A stretch of 64,000 nucleotides of DNA from an uncultured Bacilli bacterium (GCA_944358895.1 CALVSB010000006.1:8573-72572), one strand, 5' to 3'; counted from the first letter of the stretch, positions 8,128-17,166 are shown. Program-made: numbers and translations. Notes: a model not told the origin generated them from the letters alone.

Positions 8128-9932
8128 AAGGGCTCTTCAAACGCGTCGACGGGATCGCGCTTTCCCTCGTCTTCTTCTATTGCCTCATCGTCGGGTTCGT
8201 CGGGCTTTGCCTCGACCCCAATTCGACGATCGTGATGACCTCGAACCCCATCGCCTCCTTGGCGACGGCCTTAGGCTTTGCCAAGATCGAATCCCTTGGT
8301 ATCCCAAGCGGCATCATGCTGGCGATGATCTTGGTCTACACCTTCCTCTTTGCCCTCGCGGTGATCGTCGAAGTGCGTCTGGCCGAGAATGCGGACGAGA
8401 AACCGTATTCGGCCAAGTGGCTTTCCATCATGGCAGCTTCTTTCGTTGTTCTCTATGGCCTTGGGATCGGCATCGGTTCCGTTTCCCACCTGGCCTTCGA
8501 CGACGGGGTGAGCCTCGTCGCCCAGTCCCTCGCCTATTCGGGCGAAGCGATGCTCCTCGGCCTCGTCATTGCCATCGTCGCCTATCTAGCCATCTTCTTC
8601 CTCGTTCTCCTCGTCTATTGCATCGCCGCCAAGAGCAAACAACCGATCGAAGACGAAGTCTCGCCCGAAAGCGAGGAAGCCAAGAAACTCGAGGAACTCG
8701 AAGAGAAAGTCGACGAGGCCCTCGATGCCCACAATGGCGACGTCGCCTCTTCCTTTGCCGCCCACGGAAGCGGCGAAGGAGTCGGAACCGGCACCGGCCC
8801 GAGCAATCCCGACGACTTCTATGCCCTCGACCGGAACCGGGTCTTCCCCTCCATTTCGCGGGTCGATTCCCGGGCCGACCTCGTGGCTGTCAAGGAATTC
8901 AAGGACGACGAGGCCCTCGACCTCCGCACCTTGAGCGACGATTTCCGCGACTTCCTGGCCGGGAAGGAGGGCCTCTATTACGAAAAGACGGCCGTCCGCG
9001 CCTTCATCGCCGGCCTTTCGGCTTCCCGTCTCATCATTCTCCAAGGCCTTTCCGGCACCGGCAAGAGCTCGATAGCCCGTTACTTCTCGACCTTCATCGG
9101 CGAGAAGTCCTTCTTCGTGCCGGTCCAGACCACCTGGCGCGACCGGACCTCGATCCTCGGCTATTGGAACGACTTCAGCAAGACCTACAACGAGACCGAT
9201 TTCCTCGTTCGCCTCTACGAGGCCACTTACCAGTCGCAGGACATCAACGTCATGGTCCTCGACGAAATGAACATCGCCCGGATCGAGTATTACTTCGCCG
9301 ACTTCCTCTCGATCATGGAGTACCCGGTCGACGAACGCTACCTCAAGATCATGAACGTTCCTTACGATTTCGTGACTCCGGAGCATCTCCCCGACGGCAC
9401 CCTCAAGATCCCGGAGACGACCTGGTTCATCGGCACGGCCAACCGCGACGACTCGACCTACACGATCACCGACAAGGTCTATGACCGCTCGATCGTCATC
9501 TCCTTCAACGAGCGGAACGAGCCTTTTGCCGTCAAACGGATACCAGAACCGTATTCGATCTCCTATTCGAAGCTCATGTCTCTCTACGAAGCCGCCCAGA
9601 AAGACGAGGACAAGAAGATGAACAAGGCCGACTGGGCCAAGTTCCGGAACGTCCTCAACCGGGCCTACGAGGATTTCGAGCTCACCTTCGGCAACCGCGT
9701 CTACCACCAGATCGAACTCTTCGTTCCGGTCTTCGTCGCCTGCGGCGGCACCAAGGAAGAAGCCCTCGACTTCATGTTCGCCGAGAAGATCGCCAACAAG
9801 CTCGAAGGGCGCTACGAGGACTTCGTCAAGGATGCCCTCATTTCCCTCCGGGAAGAAATCGACAAAAACTACGGCAAGAACGGCTTCCCGCTCACCCGCG
9901 AGCGCCTCGCCCACTTGCTCCGGAGATTCTAA
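8124..9932 (+). CDS. Polytopic-membrane McrB-type AAA+ (COG1401-like) protein
   Basis: About five hydrophobic helices in the first ~190 aa, then an acidic linker, Walker A GLSGTGKSS, VMVLDEMNIARIEYYFADFLSIME and FIGTANRDDST. The ATG overlaps the peptidase stop (ATGA). Confidence 0.7.
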   Translation: MKGLFKRVDGIALSLVFFYCLIVGFVGLCLDPNSTIVMTSNPIASLATALGFAKIESLGIPSGIMLAMILVYTFLFALAVIVEVRLAENADEKPYSAKWLSIMAASFVVLYGLGIGIGSVSHLAFDDGVSLVAQSLAYSGEAMLLGLVIAIVAYLAIFFLVLLVYCIAAKSKQPIEDEVSPESEEAKKLEELEEKVDEALDAHNGDVASSFAAHGSGEGVGTGTGPSNPDDFYALDRNRVFPSISRVDSRADLVAVKEFKDDEALDLRTLSDDFRDFLAGKEGLYYEKTAVRAFIAGLSASRLIILQGLSGTGKSSIARYFSTFIGEKSFFVPVQTTWRDRTSILGYWNDFSKTYNETDFLVRLYEATYQSQDINVMVLDEMNIARIEYYFADFLSIMEYPVDERYLKIMNVPYDFVTPEHLPDGTLKIPETTWFIGTANRDDSTYTITDKVYDRSIVISFNERNEPFAVKRIPEPYSISYSKLMSLYEAAQKDEDKKMNKADWAKFRNVLNRAYEDFELTFGNRVYHQIELFVPVFVACGGTKEEALDFMFAEKIANKLEGRYEDFVKDALISLREEIDKNYGKNGFPLTRERLAHLLRRF

Positions 9933-9944
9933 TAGGGAGGAGCC

Positions 9945-11255
9945 ATGGAGGGCTTTGAGAGCCGGTTCGAAAAATCCCTAGCCGCCCTCATCGGGAAAAG
10001 GGCCGCCTATTCCTCCTTCAGCGAGGAAAAGCTTTCCTTTACCTACGTCGATCCTTCGCGGAGCGAAATATCCGAGCTCTCTTCCCTCCTCGATACTTTC
10101 ATGGGCATTGCCGGCTCCCCTCACCGCAAAAGCGAGCCCCACGAAATCGTCGAGCGGAGCGAGCTCGCTTCTTCTTTGACCCCCGACGAGTTTAGGAAGA
10201 CCTACCTCGACTCTTCCTTCTGGCGGCAGAAGAAAGATGGTTCCTTCTATCCGGAATACGTTTACGGTAGCGAGTACGACGACAACCTTCTAACCTACGA
10301 GAACAAGGCGGTTTATTTCATCTTCTGCCTCATCAAGGCCCGCCTCGAGGAACTTTCGACCTCGGTCAAAGAAGAAGGGAACTCCCTCGAGAAGCTTTAT
10401 CAGTCGCCTCTCGCCATCTTCCCGGATGAAGGCCCTCTTTATACGGCCGAGAAGCGGGGCAAAAGCGTCGCCGCCTACCTCCTCAAGAAGAAAGAGGACA
10501 GCTCCGGCGAACTTCTCCTCAAGGCTCTTAGCAAGGCCAAGCGCCTTCTTTCCTCCCAGTTTGCCCGGACGCTCATGAAGGCCAACCACGAAGTGATCCT
10601 GCCCCTCCAGCCGACGAACATCCTGATCCACGATTCCCGTTACAACCGCCTTTATCGTTACTACCTTTCCCATCTCAGCAAGGAAGGCAAAGGACGCCAC
10701 GATTCACCCTATGTCTATCTGGCCTACCGGCTTCTCCAGGAAATGACGAAGGCCGGCTACCGTTTGGCCCAGGAGCCCAATTTCAAATACAAAGACGGAA
10801 CCTTCACCATCACGGCCTTTACCTTCAGCCTCGACGGGTTTCTTTATCACTGCAAGATCGACGAAGACGTCCTTCGGATCGAGATTCTCTACCGCGGAGC
10901 CGTCTACCGGCGGGAAGTCTACCTCTACGACACCTTCCTTCCGACGGCCGATAACCGCGAAGTCCTCGCCCATCATTACGTCGTCTGCTTGAAGAATCTT
11001 TCCTCATCTTACGACGGAATCCTCGAGGTCGATCCTCTCAATAAAGAAGCGGTGTTCCCGCGCCTCTTCGCGGCCCTCTCCCTCGTCCTTCCCCTCGACG
11101 GGAAAGAACTCGACCATTGCCCCGTCTGCGGCTCCTCGGCCCTCGTTTCCTCCGCCAAGAAAGAGTTCCTTTGCCCCAAATGCGAATCGCTTACGGCCCT
11201 CCTCGGGGGCCGGGTCGATCCGGCGATCTGGATCGCTTCGATCAGGGGGAGATAG
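9945..11255 (+). CDS. Zinc-ribbon protein, possible McrC-like partner of the AAA+ protein
   Basis: GGGAGGAG SD, 12 nt after the AAA+ gene. LTYENKAVYF block reminiscent of the ExN motif region of McrC/DUF2357-type partners. C-terminal CPVC-x14-CPKC. No obvious PD-(D/E)xK motif by eye. Confidence 0.45.
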   Translation: MEGFESRFEKSLAALIGKRAAYSSFSEEKLSFTYVDPSRSEISELSSLLDTFMGIAGSPHRKSEPHEIVERSELASSLTPDEFRKTYLDSSFWRQKKDGSFYPEYVYGSEYDDNLLTYENKAVYFIFCLIKARLEELSTSVKEEGNSLEKLYQSPLAIFPDEGPLYTAEKRGKSVAAYLLKKKEDSSGELLLKALSKAKRLLSSQFARTLMKANHEVILPLQPTNILIHDSRYNRLYRYYLSHLSKEGKGRHDSPYVYLAYRLLQEMTKAGYRLAQEPNFKYKDGTFTITAFTFSLDGFLYHCKIDEDVLRIEILYRGAVYRREVYLYDTFLPTADNREVLAHHYVVCLKNLSSSYDGILEVDPLNKEAVFPRLFAALSLVLPLDGKELDHCPVCGSSALVSSAKKEFLCPKCESLTALLGGRVDPAIWIASIRGR

Positions 11256-11257
11256 AC

Positions 11258-12043
11258 ATGAAGATCAAGAAATCCCTCGAAATCGACGTCGACAAGATTG
11301 CGAACGACCTTTCGCAGAATGCCGTCTCCATCGTCGATGTCCATAAATCCTACGGAGACCACGAGGTCCTCAAGGGCGAGAACATCGAAGTCCGCCGCGG
11401 CGAGATTTTCGGGTTGCTTGGCAAAAACGGGGTCGGCAAGTCGACGACCATCGATTGCCTCATCGGGGCCAAGGATTTCGACCAAGGCGAGATCAAGATC
11501 TTCGGCCTTCCGATCGACGAATATCCCCTCGAGGTGAAAAGCCTTTATGGGTATGTGCCGTCCGAGCCGCTTCTCTACGAGCAGATGACCGGCTACGAGT
11601 ACCTTCAGTTCGTGGCCTCAGCCTACGGCCTCAGCCAAGAGGCCTTCGACAAGAACCTCGCCTTCCTCGACGGGGCCTTCCAGCTCGGGGAGGAAGCCCT
11701 TTCCCGCCCGATCGGCGGCTATTCGCACGGCATGAAGCAGAAGGAGGGGCTCATTGCCTCCCTTATCCACAACCCCAAGCTCTGGATTCTCGACGAGCCG
11801 ACGGTCGGCCTCGACGTCATGGCCTACGAAACCCTCCTCGACATGATGAAGCGCTACCGCGACAACGGGAATACCATCGTCTTGACCTCCCACAACATCG
11901 ACCTCATCGCCGACGTGACCGACCGGGTGGCCATCCTGAACGAAGGGAAGGTCGCGACCCTCATCGACTTCCACAAGGAGCCGCAGAAGCGGAAGGACCT
12001 GAAACTCGTCTTCTTCAAGGTCTACGGGGCCAAACTCTCATGA
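11258..12043 (+). CDS. ABC transporter ATP-binding protein
   Basis: Walker A GKNGVGKST, degenerate signature YSHGMKQK, Walker B LWILDEPTVGLD. Start ATG 11258 with GGGGGAG SD, 2 nt after the preceding stop; the track ORF start 11117 is an in-frame extension overlapping the previous gene. Confidence 0.9.
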   Translation: MKIKKSLEIDVDKIANDLSQNAVSIVDVHKSYGDHEVLKGENIEVRRGEIFGLLGKNGVGKSTTIDCLIGAKDFDQGEIKIFGLPIDEYPLEVKSLYGYVPSEPLLYEQMTGYEYLQFVASAYGLSQEAFDKNLAFLDGAFQLGEEALSRPIGGYSHGMKQKEGLIASLIHNPKLWILDEPTVGLDVMAYETLLDMMKRYRDNGNTIVLTSHNIDLIADVTDRVAILNEGKVATLIDFHKEPQKRKDLKLVFFKVYGAKLS

Positions 12044-13656
12044 GTCTTCATATCTTCATCAACGAGCTGAAGGGACTCCTCCCCAAGGGGAGCCTTCTTT
12101 CGCGCGTCTTGAAGATCGCTCTCCTACTTGTCGCCATTGCCTGTTTCCTCGGGCTCGAGGTTTATATCTACCTGGCTCTCGACGGCCAGCTCAAGGACTT
12201 CTCAAGCTTCGGCTCGGGCGATTTCCTGCTTCTCTTCCTTTTCGTCTATTTCTTCCTCTCGGTCCTCGCTTCCTTGCCTTTGGCCGACCGTTGCCTTTAC
12301 CGGAAGCTCGACGAGGAAATCCTCTCGCCCCTCCCGGTGAGCGACGACGACGTCATTCTCGGCAAGGGCCTCTATCTTTATGTCCGCCTCGTCGTCTCGA
12401 CCCTTTTCCTCGCGACGCCCCTTCTCATTGCTTACGGGACGACGTCGAACATGATGCCCCAATACTACGTGTTGGCCGTCCTTTATCCGTTTGTCGTTTC
12501 CTTTGTCGCGATCGGCCTTCTTCTGGCCCTTTTGCCTCTTTATCACCGGCTGGCCCGTTTCATGAAGGGCAAGTTCCTCCTTCAGCTCATCCTCGGGGCC
12601 GGGGTGACGGTCGCTCTCTGTTTCCTATACCAGTACGTCCTCGAGCTCTTCCTGAACATCGTCCAGGGGAGCCGCCTCGATTCCCTCTTCTCGGCCTCGT
12701 TCCTGAGCGGCCTCCACGAAGCCGCTCCGTGGTTCATCCCGGTCAGCAACTACTTTGCCCTCATGAGCGGTGGCGACAAGGTCATCAGTAATCTCCTCTA
12801 CCTCCTCGGGGCCATCCTTCTCATGGCGTTTCTTGGAATCTATCTCCTCACTTACCTCTATCGTTCCAACAAGGAACCGATGGCCGAAGAGAAGAAGAAA
12901 AAGAGAGAAAAGAAAGCCGCTTTGCGGGTGCTTTCGCCCTTCAAGGCCTTGCTCAAGAAAGAATTCATCCTCCTCTTCCGCAACGGAAGCTATCTCTTTT
13001 CCTTCTCCTCGCTCCTCTTCATGCAGCCTTTCCTTTCCTATGTCGTCATCGCTTCCCTCTCGAGGCTTCTCTATAGCAACCTTGCCATCTTCCTCAAGTA
13101 CTTCTCGGAACTTCCCAACGGCGTTTCCCTCCTCTTGCTCCTCCTTTTTGCCTCCATCGTTTCCTCGGGGGCAGCCGACGGCATCACCCGCGAGGAAAAG
13201 GGACGCCTCTTCCTCAAGACCTCGCCCCTCTCCCCTTTCAAGATGACCTTGGCGAAGCTTCTTTTGCCCCTTGGGGTTTCCCTTTTCTCGTTTTATCTCA
13301 GCGCGATCGTCCTCGTGGCGACCGGCGAGATCGGCGTTCCTCTTTTCTTCGTCGCCCTCGTGAGCGGCACCTTCCTTGTGGCCTCGGTCTCGAGCTACGG
13401 CCTTCTTGGGGATCTCGCTTCCTATTCGGCTAGGGTCAAGGGCAAAGGCTTCTTCGGATCGCTTACGGCTATTGTGTCGATCGCCTTCCCTTTGCTCATT
13501 GCCCTCGTCCATTTTGCCCTCATGTTCTATAGCGGCCTTCCTTCTTTTGTTATCTACCTCATCGAGGTGGCCTTCAGCTTCCTCCTTCTCCTTCCGCTTC
13601 CCTTCGTCCCGCGGCGGCTCGACCGCCTGTATCTTGAAATGGAGGCCGGCGTATGA
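12040..13656 (+). CDS. Multi-pass membrane protein, putative ABC exporter permease
   Basis: Start MSLHIFINELKG at ATG 12040, overlapping the ATPase stop (ATGA). Ten or more hydrophobic segments. The part of the track ORF upstream of 12040 is an Arg/Pro-rich artefact. Confidence 0.75.
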   Translation: MSLHIFINELKGLLPKGSLLSRVLKIALLLVAIACFLGLEVYIYLALDGQLKDFSSFGSGDFLLLFLFVYFFLSVLASLPLADRCLYRKLDEEILSPLPVSDDDVILGKGLYLYVRLVVSTLFLATPLLIAYGTTSNMMPQYYVLAVLYPFVVSFVAIGLLLALLPLYHRLARFMKGKFLLQLILGAGVTVALCFLYQYVLELFLNIVQGSRLDSLFSASFLSGLHEAAPWFIPVSNYFALMSGGDKVISNLLYLLGAILLMAFLGIYLLTYLYRSNKEPMAEEKKKKREKKAALRVLSPFKALLKKEFILLFRNGSYLFSFSSLLFMQPFLSYVVIASLSRLLYSNLAIFLKYFSELPNGVSLLLLLLFASIVSSGAADGITREEKGRLFLKTSPLSPFKMTLAKLLLPLGVSLFSFYLSAIVLVATGEIGVPLFFVALVSGTFLVASVSSYGLLGDLASYSARVKGKGFFGSLTAIVSIAFPLLIALVHFALMFYSGLPSFVIYLIEVAFSFLLLLPLPFVPRRLDRLYLEMEAGV

Positions 13657-16046
13657 AGAAAACCCTGCCCGTCCTCTTGCTGGCCCCCTTCGCCGTCGCG
13701 ATCCTCACTTTCGTGTCGATCACCCCGATCCGGAACCTCATCGCGGTCGATATCGACGGCATCTCCTGGGACTACCTCGACAGCGAAGGCTTCAAGGTCG
13801 GGGAATCCTACGAGCTCGAGGCTACCCCGATCTATGATGAGAACTTCACCTTGGCCGACGGGAACGACCTCGTCTGGACGAGCGCGGACGACGAAGTTGC
13901 TGCCATTAAAAGAAGCGGGGATGCCTTCTACCTCGATGCCATCCAGGAAGGCAGCTGCCGGATCACTTGCTCCAACGAGAAAGGGAGCGTCTCGCGGAAT
14001 TTCCTCGCGACCGTCTACGAAGACGGGGCCATCACGATTGTCGATGCCGGGACCCCGGCCTCGGGCGATAGCTTCGAAGACGTCCGGACCTACGGCCAGT
14101 TCGACTATTCCTACGAGGGCGGGACCGCGACGAAGGTCCAGGCGGCCATCACTTTGTCCTTTGGGATCTATAGCGACTATGACGACGACGAGGTCGTGCT
14201 CAAGGAAGCCTCGAGCAACCTTTCCTACGCGGACTCGACCTTGACCGTCAAGGCGCCGGGCGCCTCCTATGCGACCTTCGCCCTCAAGAAGATGCCCTTC
14301 GTTACCGCGACCTATTCCTTCGACGTCCTTGAAGGCGCGGTGAACGTCAAAAGCTACGACGACCTCATGCAGGCGACCAATCTTTCGGAAGAGGGGGAAA
14401 GGATCTGCCTCCAGCGGAATCTTCTTTCCCTCAAGTCAACCTACAAGAGCGATGGCGACGGCGGCTACGTCGACGAGTATTTGAACGCGAATACCCGCCT
14501 TTTCGGGCGTTACGACTTTGGGCGGGAGACGACCTCCTTCGACATCTATGCTTTCGACACCACCTATCCCCACGACTACCTCGACGATTACTTTGCCCAC
14601 AACCCCCCGACGCCAGGGCAAGAGGATTACCTCAAGGTGAGGACCGGCATCCATGTCCAAAAGGATTTCATCGGGAACGGCTTTGCCATCTCTTGCCAGG
14701 AGCTTTGCTACACCTACCACGGCGGCTACCTCGGGAACGGCCGCTGGAGCCCCTCGAGCGACGGGAGTAACGTCAGCGATTACTTCGAAGGGCCGCTTCC
14801 CTTCGTCTTCCTTGGGCCCTACGACCTCCAGGTCATCACTGCCTACGGGCAGGACAACTCGGCGATGTACGTCGAAGGGAACGACATCGAGATCTCTGAT
14901 CTTAAGCTGATGGCCGTCGACAACGTCGACGACTTGAACCTCCTCGAGTACGTCGGCTCGACGATGGACGTCCTCGGGGCAAACGTCACCGTGTCCGACA
15001 CCTACCTCCGGAACGGGCGGACGGCCCTCCGGGTCTACTCCTCCCCGAACTTCCTCCTCGACAATTGCTACCTCAACAACGCCCGCGAGTTCCTCCTTAA
15101 GGTCGGGAGCAACGAAGTGAGCCGCCCCGATCCTTCGACCCGGGTCGACGCCAGTTACGGCGGGGCACTCGCCCACGGAAGCCTCGAAGAGAATTTCGCC
15201 AGCGGCGGCGGGGCTGATCAGATTCTCGATGCCGCCGTCCGGAGTGGAGCCGACATCGCTTCGGCGATGGAAGCGATGAACGCCATCCAGTCCTCGCTCG
15301 ACGCCTCCGAGCCGCTCGATGCCTGGGACATGACGGTGAGGAATACCTATTTCGAGACGAGCGGCCTCTTCTCCATCGCCTTCGAAAGCGTCTTCAACGG
15401 CGGCTATCTCTATAGCGGCGTCCCTTCCTTCGTCTCCGAGCTCCTCGACACCTTCATGGGCATGATGAACCTCAAGTCGGTCCCGCCCGATCGCATCGGC
15501 GGTGTCTCCCGCCCGGTGAACATGACCATCGAGGGCGATACCCGCTTCTACGACTACAAAGACATCTCATCGATCGACGCTAGCTGCCTCATCTACGAGC
15601 AGATCTCGGCCATCCTGGCCGGAATCGGGAGCGACAGCGGGGACCTCACTTTCCCGATCGACAGCTATTTCCCGATCAAGAACCTGCTTCAGACCGCGGC
15701 CGAGCGGGTCGGGTCCAACTACCGGAACGAGGACGGCAACTTCGTCCTCGGGGCCATTGCTTTCTACGGCGGGGGCCTTAACCTATCGACAGTCGATGTC
15801 TCGGGGATGGACGTCTCCCCTCTCGGAGGAGAGCTGAGCGTCGATTACGCAACGGCTTGCCTTTCCGGCATCGGCCTCGCCGAAGGAAACGAGCTCTCGG
15901 CGTATTTGGCCCGCTGCGTGCCCCTGGCCGCCGGGACCAACCCCTTCCGCTTCGTCCTGAGCGGCGACCTCAGGCAAGTCGAGAAGCCTTACCTATTCGG
16001 CGAAGTGGCCGATATCAATGCGCTCAAGGCGCGAGGAGGAAACTAA
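13653..16046 (+). CDS. Large exported/anchored protein with Big_2-like Ig domain and probable beta-helix region
   Basis: N-terminal hydrophobic signal/anchor MKKTLPVLLLAPFAVAILTF. LVWTSADDEVAAIKRSGDAFYLDAIQEGSCRITCS matches Big_2 style. Repetitive N/D/G-rich turns are suggestive of a right-handed beta-helix. Start overlaps the previous stop (ATGA). Confidence 0.7.
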   Translation: MKKTLPVLLLAPFAVAILTFVSITPIRNLIAVDIDGISWDYLDSEGFKVGESYELEATPIYDENFTLADGNDLVWTSADDEVAAIKRSGDAFYLDAIQEGSCRITCSNEKGSVSRNFLATVYEDGAITIVDAGTPASGDSFEDVRTYGQFDYSYEGGTATKVQAAITLSFGIYSDYDDDEVVLKEASSNLSYADSTLTVKAPGASYATFALKKMPFVTATYSFDVLEGAVNVKSYDDLMQATNLSEEGERICLQRNLLSLKSTYKSDGDGGYVDEYLNANTRLFGRYDFGRETTSFDIYAFDTTYPHDYLDDYFAHNPPTPGQEDYLKVRTGIHVQKDFIGNGFAISCQELCYTYHGGYLGNGRWSPSSDGSNVSDYFEGPLPFVFLGPYDLQVITAYGQDNSAMYVEGNDIEISDLKLMAVDNVDDLNLLEYVGSTMDVLGANVTVSDTYLRNGRTALRVYSSPNFLLDNCYLNNAREFLLKVGSNEVSRPDPSTRVDASYGGALAHGSLEENFASGGGADQILDAAVRSGADIASAMEAMNAIQSSLDASEPLDAWDMTVRNTYFETSGLFSIAFESVFNGGYLYSGVPSFVSELLDTFMGMMNLKSVPPDRIGGVSRPVNMTIEGDTRFYDYKDISSIDASCLIYEQISAILAGIGSDSGDLTFPIDSYFPIKNLLQTAAERVGSNYRNEDGNFVLGAIAFYGGGLNLSTVDVSGMDVSPLGGELSVDYATACLSGIGLAEGNELSAYLARCVPLAAGTNPFRFVLSGDLRQVEKPYLFGEVADINALKARGGN

Positions 16047-16047
16047 G

Positions 16048-17151
16048 ATGAAAAGAAGGAACGTCCTATTGGCCCTGGCGGCCTTTGCCCTCGGGGCCGT
16101 CTCGCTCACGAGCTGCGGCTTCTTCGCCGGGAGCGGCACCTATTCGATCGACGAGGTGACGACCTCGACGACGGCCACCGGCGACACGGTGGTGACCATT
16201 TCCTATACGGACACCAGGCTGCCGGCGACGACCTTCACCATCCCCAAGGGCGAGACCGGGGTCGGGATCGCTTCGGCGACGGCGAGCGTCGACGAGGAAA
16301 AGAAGACGGTTACCGTCACCATCACTTACACCGACGACCGGGAGCCGACCGTCTATACCTATCCGATCGTCGAAGGGAACGGGATCGAAAGCGTGGCCCT
16401 CACCTACCAGGAAGGCAGCACGACCCAAGTCTATTCCTTCCACTTCGTCTACACGAACGGCGAGATCAGCGACGAAATCATTCTCCCAAAGGGCAACGGC
16501 ATCGCCTCGATTACGGCGACGGCCAACGAGGAGGACGGCTCCACCGACGTCAAAATCACGATGGACGACGGGAAAGAGGTGACTTTCAACATCCCGAAGG
16601 GCGAGAAAGGCGATCCGGGCGAGGACGGCTTCTCCCCGGAAATCGTCGGGATCAGCCTCGGGGCCGACGGCAAATGGTATCTCTACGTCACCCGGGCCGA
16701 TGGCGGAACCGACCAGAAGCCGATCGACGGGATGCCGACCTGGATCGTCGCCCAGGGCAACCCCAACGACAATCCGACCTATGACGACTACGCGACTGGC
16801 TACATCTACGTCGACACCTTGACGAGAACGATTTATTACAAGACGGCCGATAGCGGCTGGGTCATCTGGGTCGACCTCGGGCAGAAGGCGACCTACACGG
16901 TGACCTTCCACGCCGGCGAGGGCACGATCCCGCCCTCGGAGCTCGTCGGCTTCACCATCGGGGAAGGCAATACCTACAGCCTTACCGTGAAAGAAGGGTC
17001 GACGATCGACCTTCCGACCCCGACCGCTCCCGCCAGTCTTTCCTTTGAAGGATGGTACACGTCGAGCGAGCTCTCCGACCCCAACGTCGGCAAGATGACT
17101 GACCTCACCCCGGTTACGAGAAGCCTCGACCTTTACGCGATTTACGCGTGA
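16048..17151 (+). CDS. Lipoprotein with ~40-aa tandem modules, a collagen-like GEKGDPGEDG tract and a C-terminal Listeria-Bacteroides (Flg_new) repeat
   Basis: Lipobox LTSC. Four repeats ending IPKGE/LPKGN/VEGN followed by GI(A/E)S. C-terminal YTVTFHAGEG...FEGWYT...LYAIY repeat signature. Start 1 nt after the preceding stop. Confidence 0.85.
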   Translation: MKRRNVLLALAAFALGAVSLTSCGFFAGSGTYSIDEVTTSTTATGDTVVTISYTDTRLPATTFTIPKGETGVGIASATASVDEEKKTVTVTITYTDDREPTVYTYPIVEGNGIESVALTYQEGSTTQVYSFHFVYTNGEISDEIILPKGNGIASITATANEEDGSTDVKITMDDGKEVTFNIPKGEKGDPGEDGFSPEIVGISLGADGKWYLYVTRADGGTDQKPIDGMPTWIVAQGNPNDNPTYDDYATGYIYVDTLTRTIYYKTADSGWVIWVDLGQKATYTVTFHAGEGTIPPSELVGFTIGEGNTYSLTVKEGSTIDLPTPTAPASLSFEGWYTSSELSDPNVGKMTDLTPVTRSLDLYAIYA

Positions 17152-17166
17152 GGTCGGGTCTTTCTT

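Noticed and set aside
8015-9484. 489-aa same-strand alternate-frame ORF, extremely Arg/Pro-rich. Similar cases at 38928-39854, 21492-22568 and 50258-50656.
   Set aside because: They overlap genes with clear family motifs in another frame. Their composition is typical of out-of-frame translation of GC-rich DNA, and they have no independent start signals.
8124-11255. Annotating the pair simply as a McrBC 5-methylcytosine restriction system.
   Set aside because: The AAA+ protein has a polytopic membrane domain instead of a DNA-binding N-terminus. The partner shows no visible PD-(D/E)xK nuclease motif. Both are translationally embedded in a secretion/surface operon. Kept as McrB-type and McrC-like only.
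11455-12039. N-terminal 195-aa extension of the permease ORF, and the 47-aa extension 11117-11257 of the ABC ATPase ORF.
   Set aside because: The extensions overlap the preceding genes and are Arg/Pro-rich. Internal ATGs at 12040 and 11258 sit at stop/start junctions, with an SD for 11258, and give canonical N-termini.
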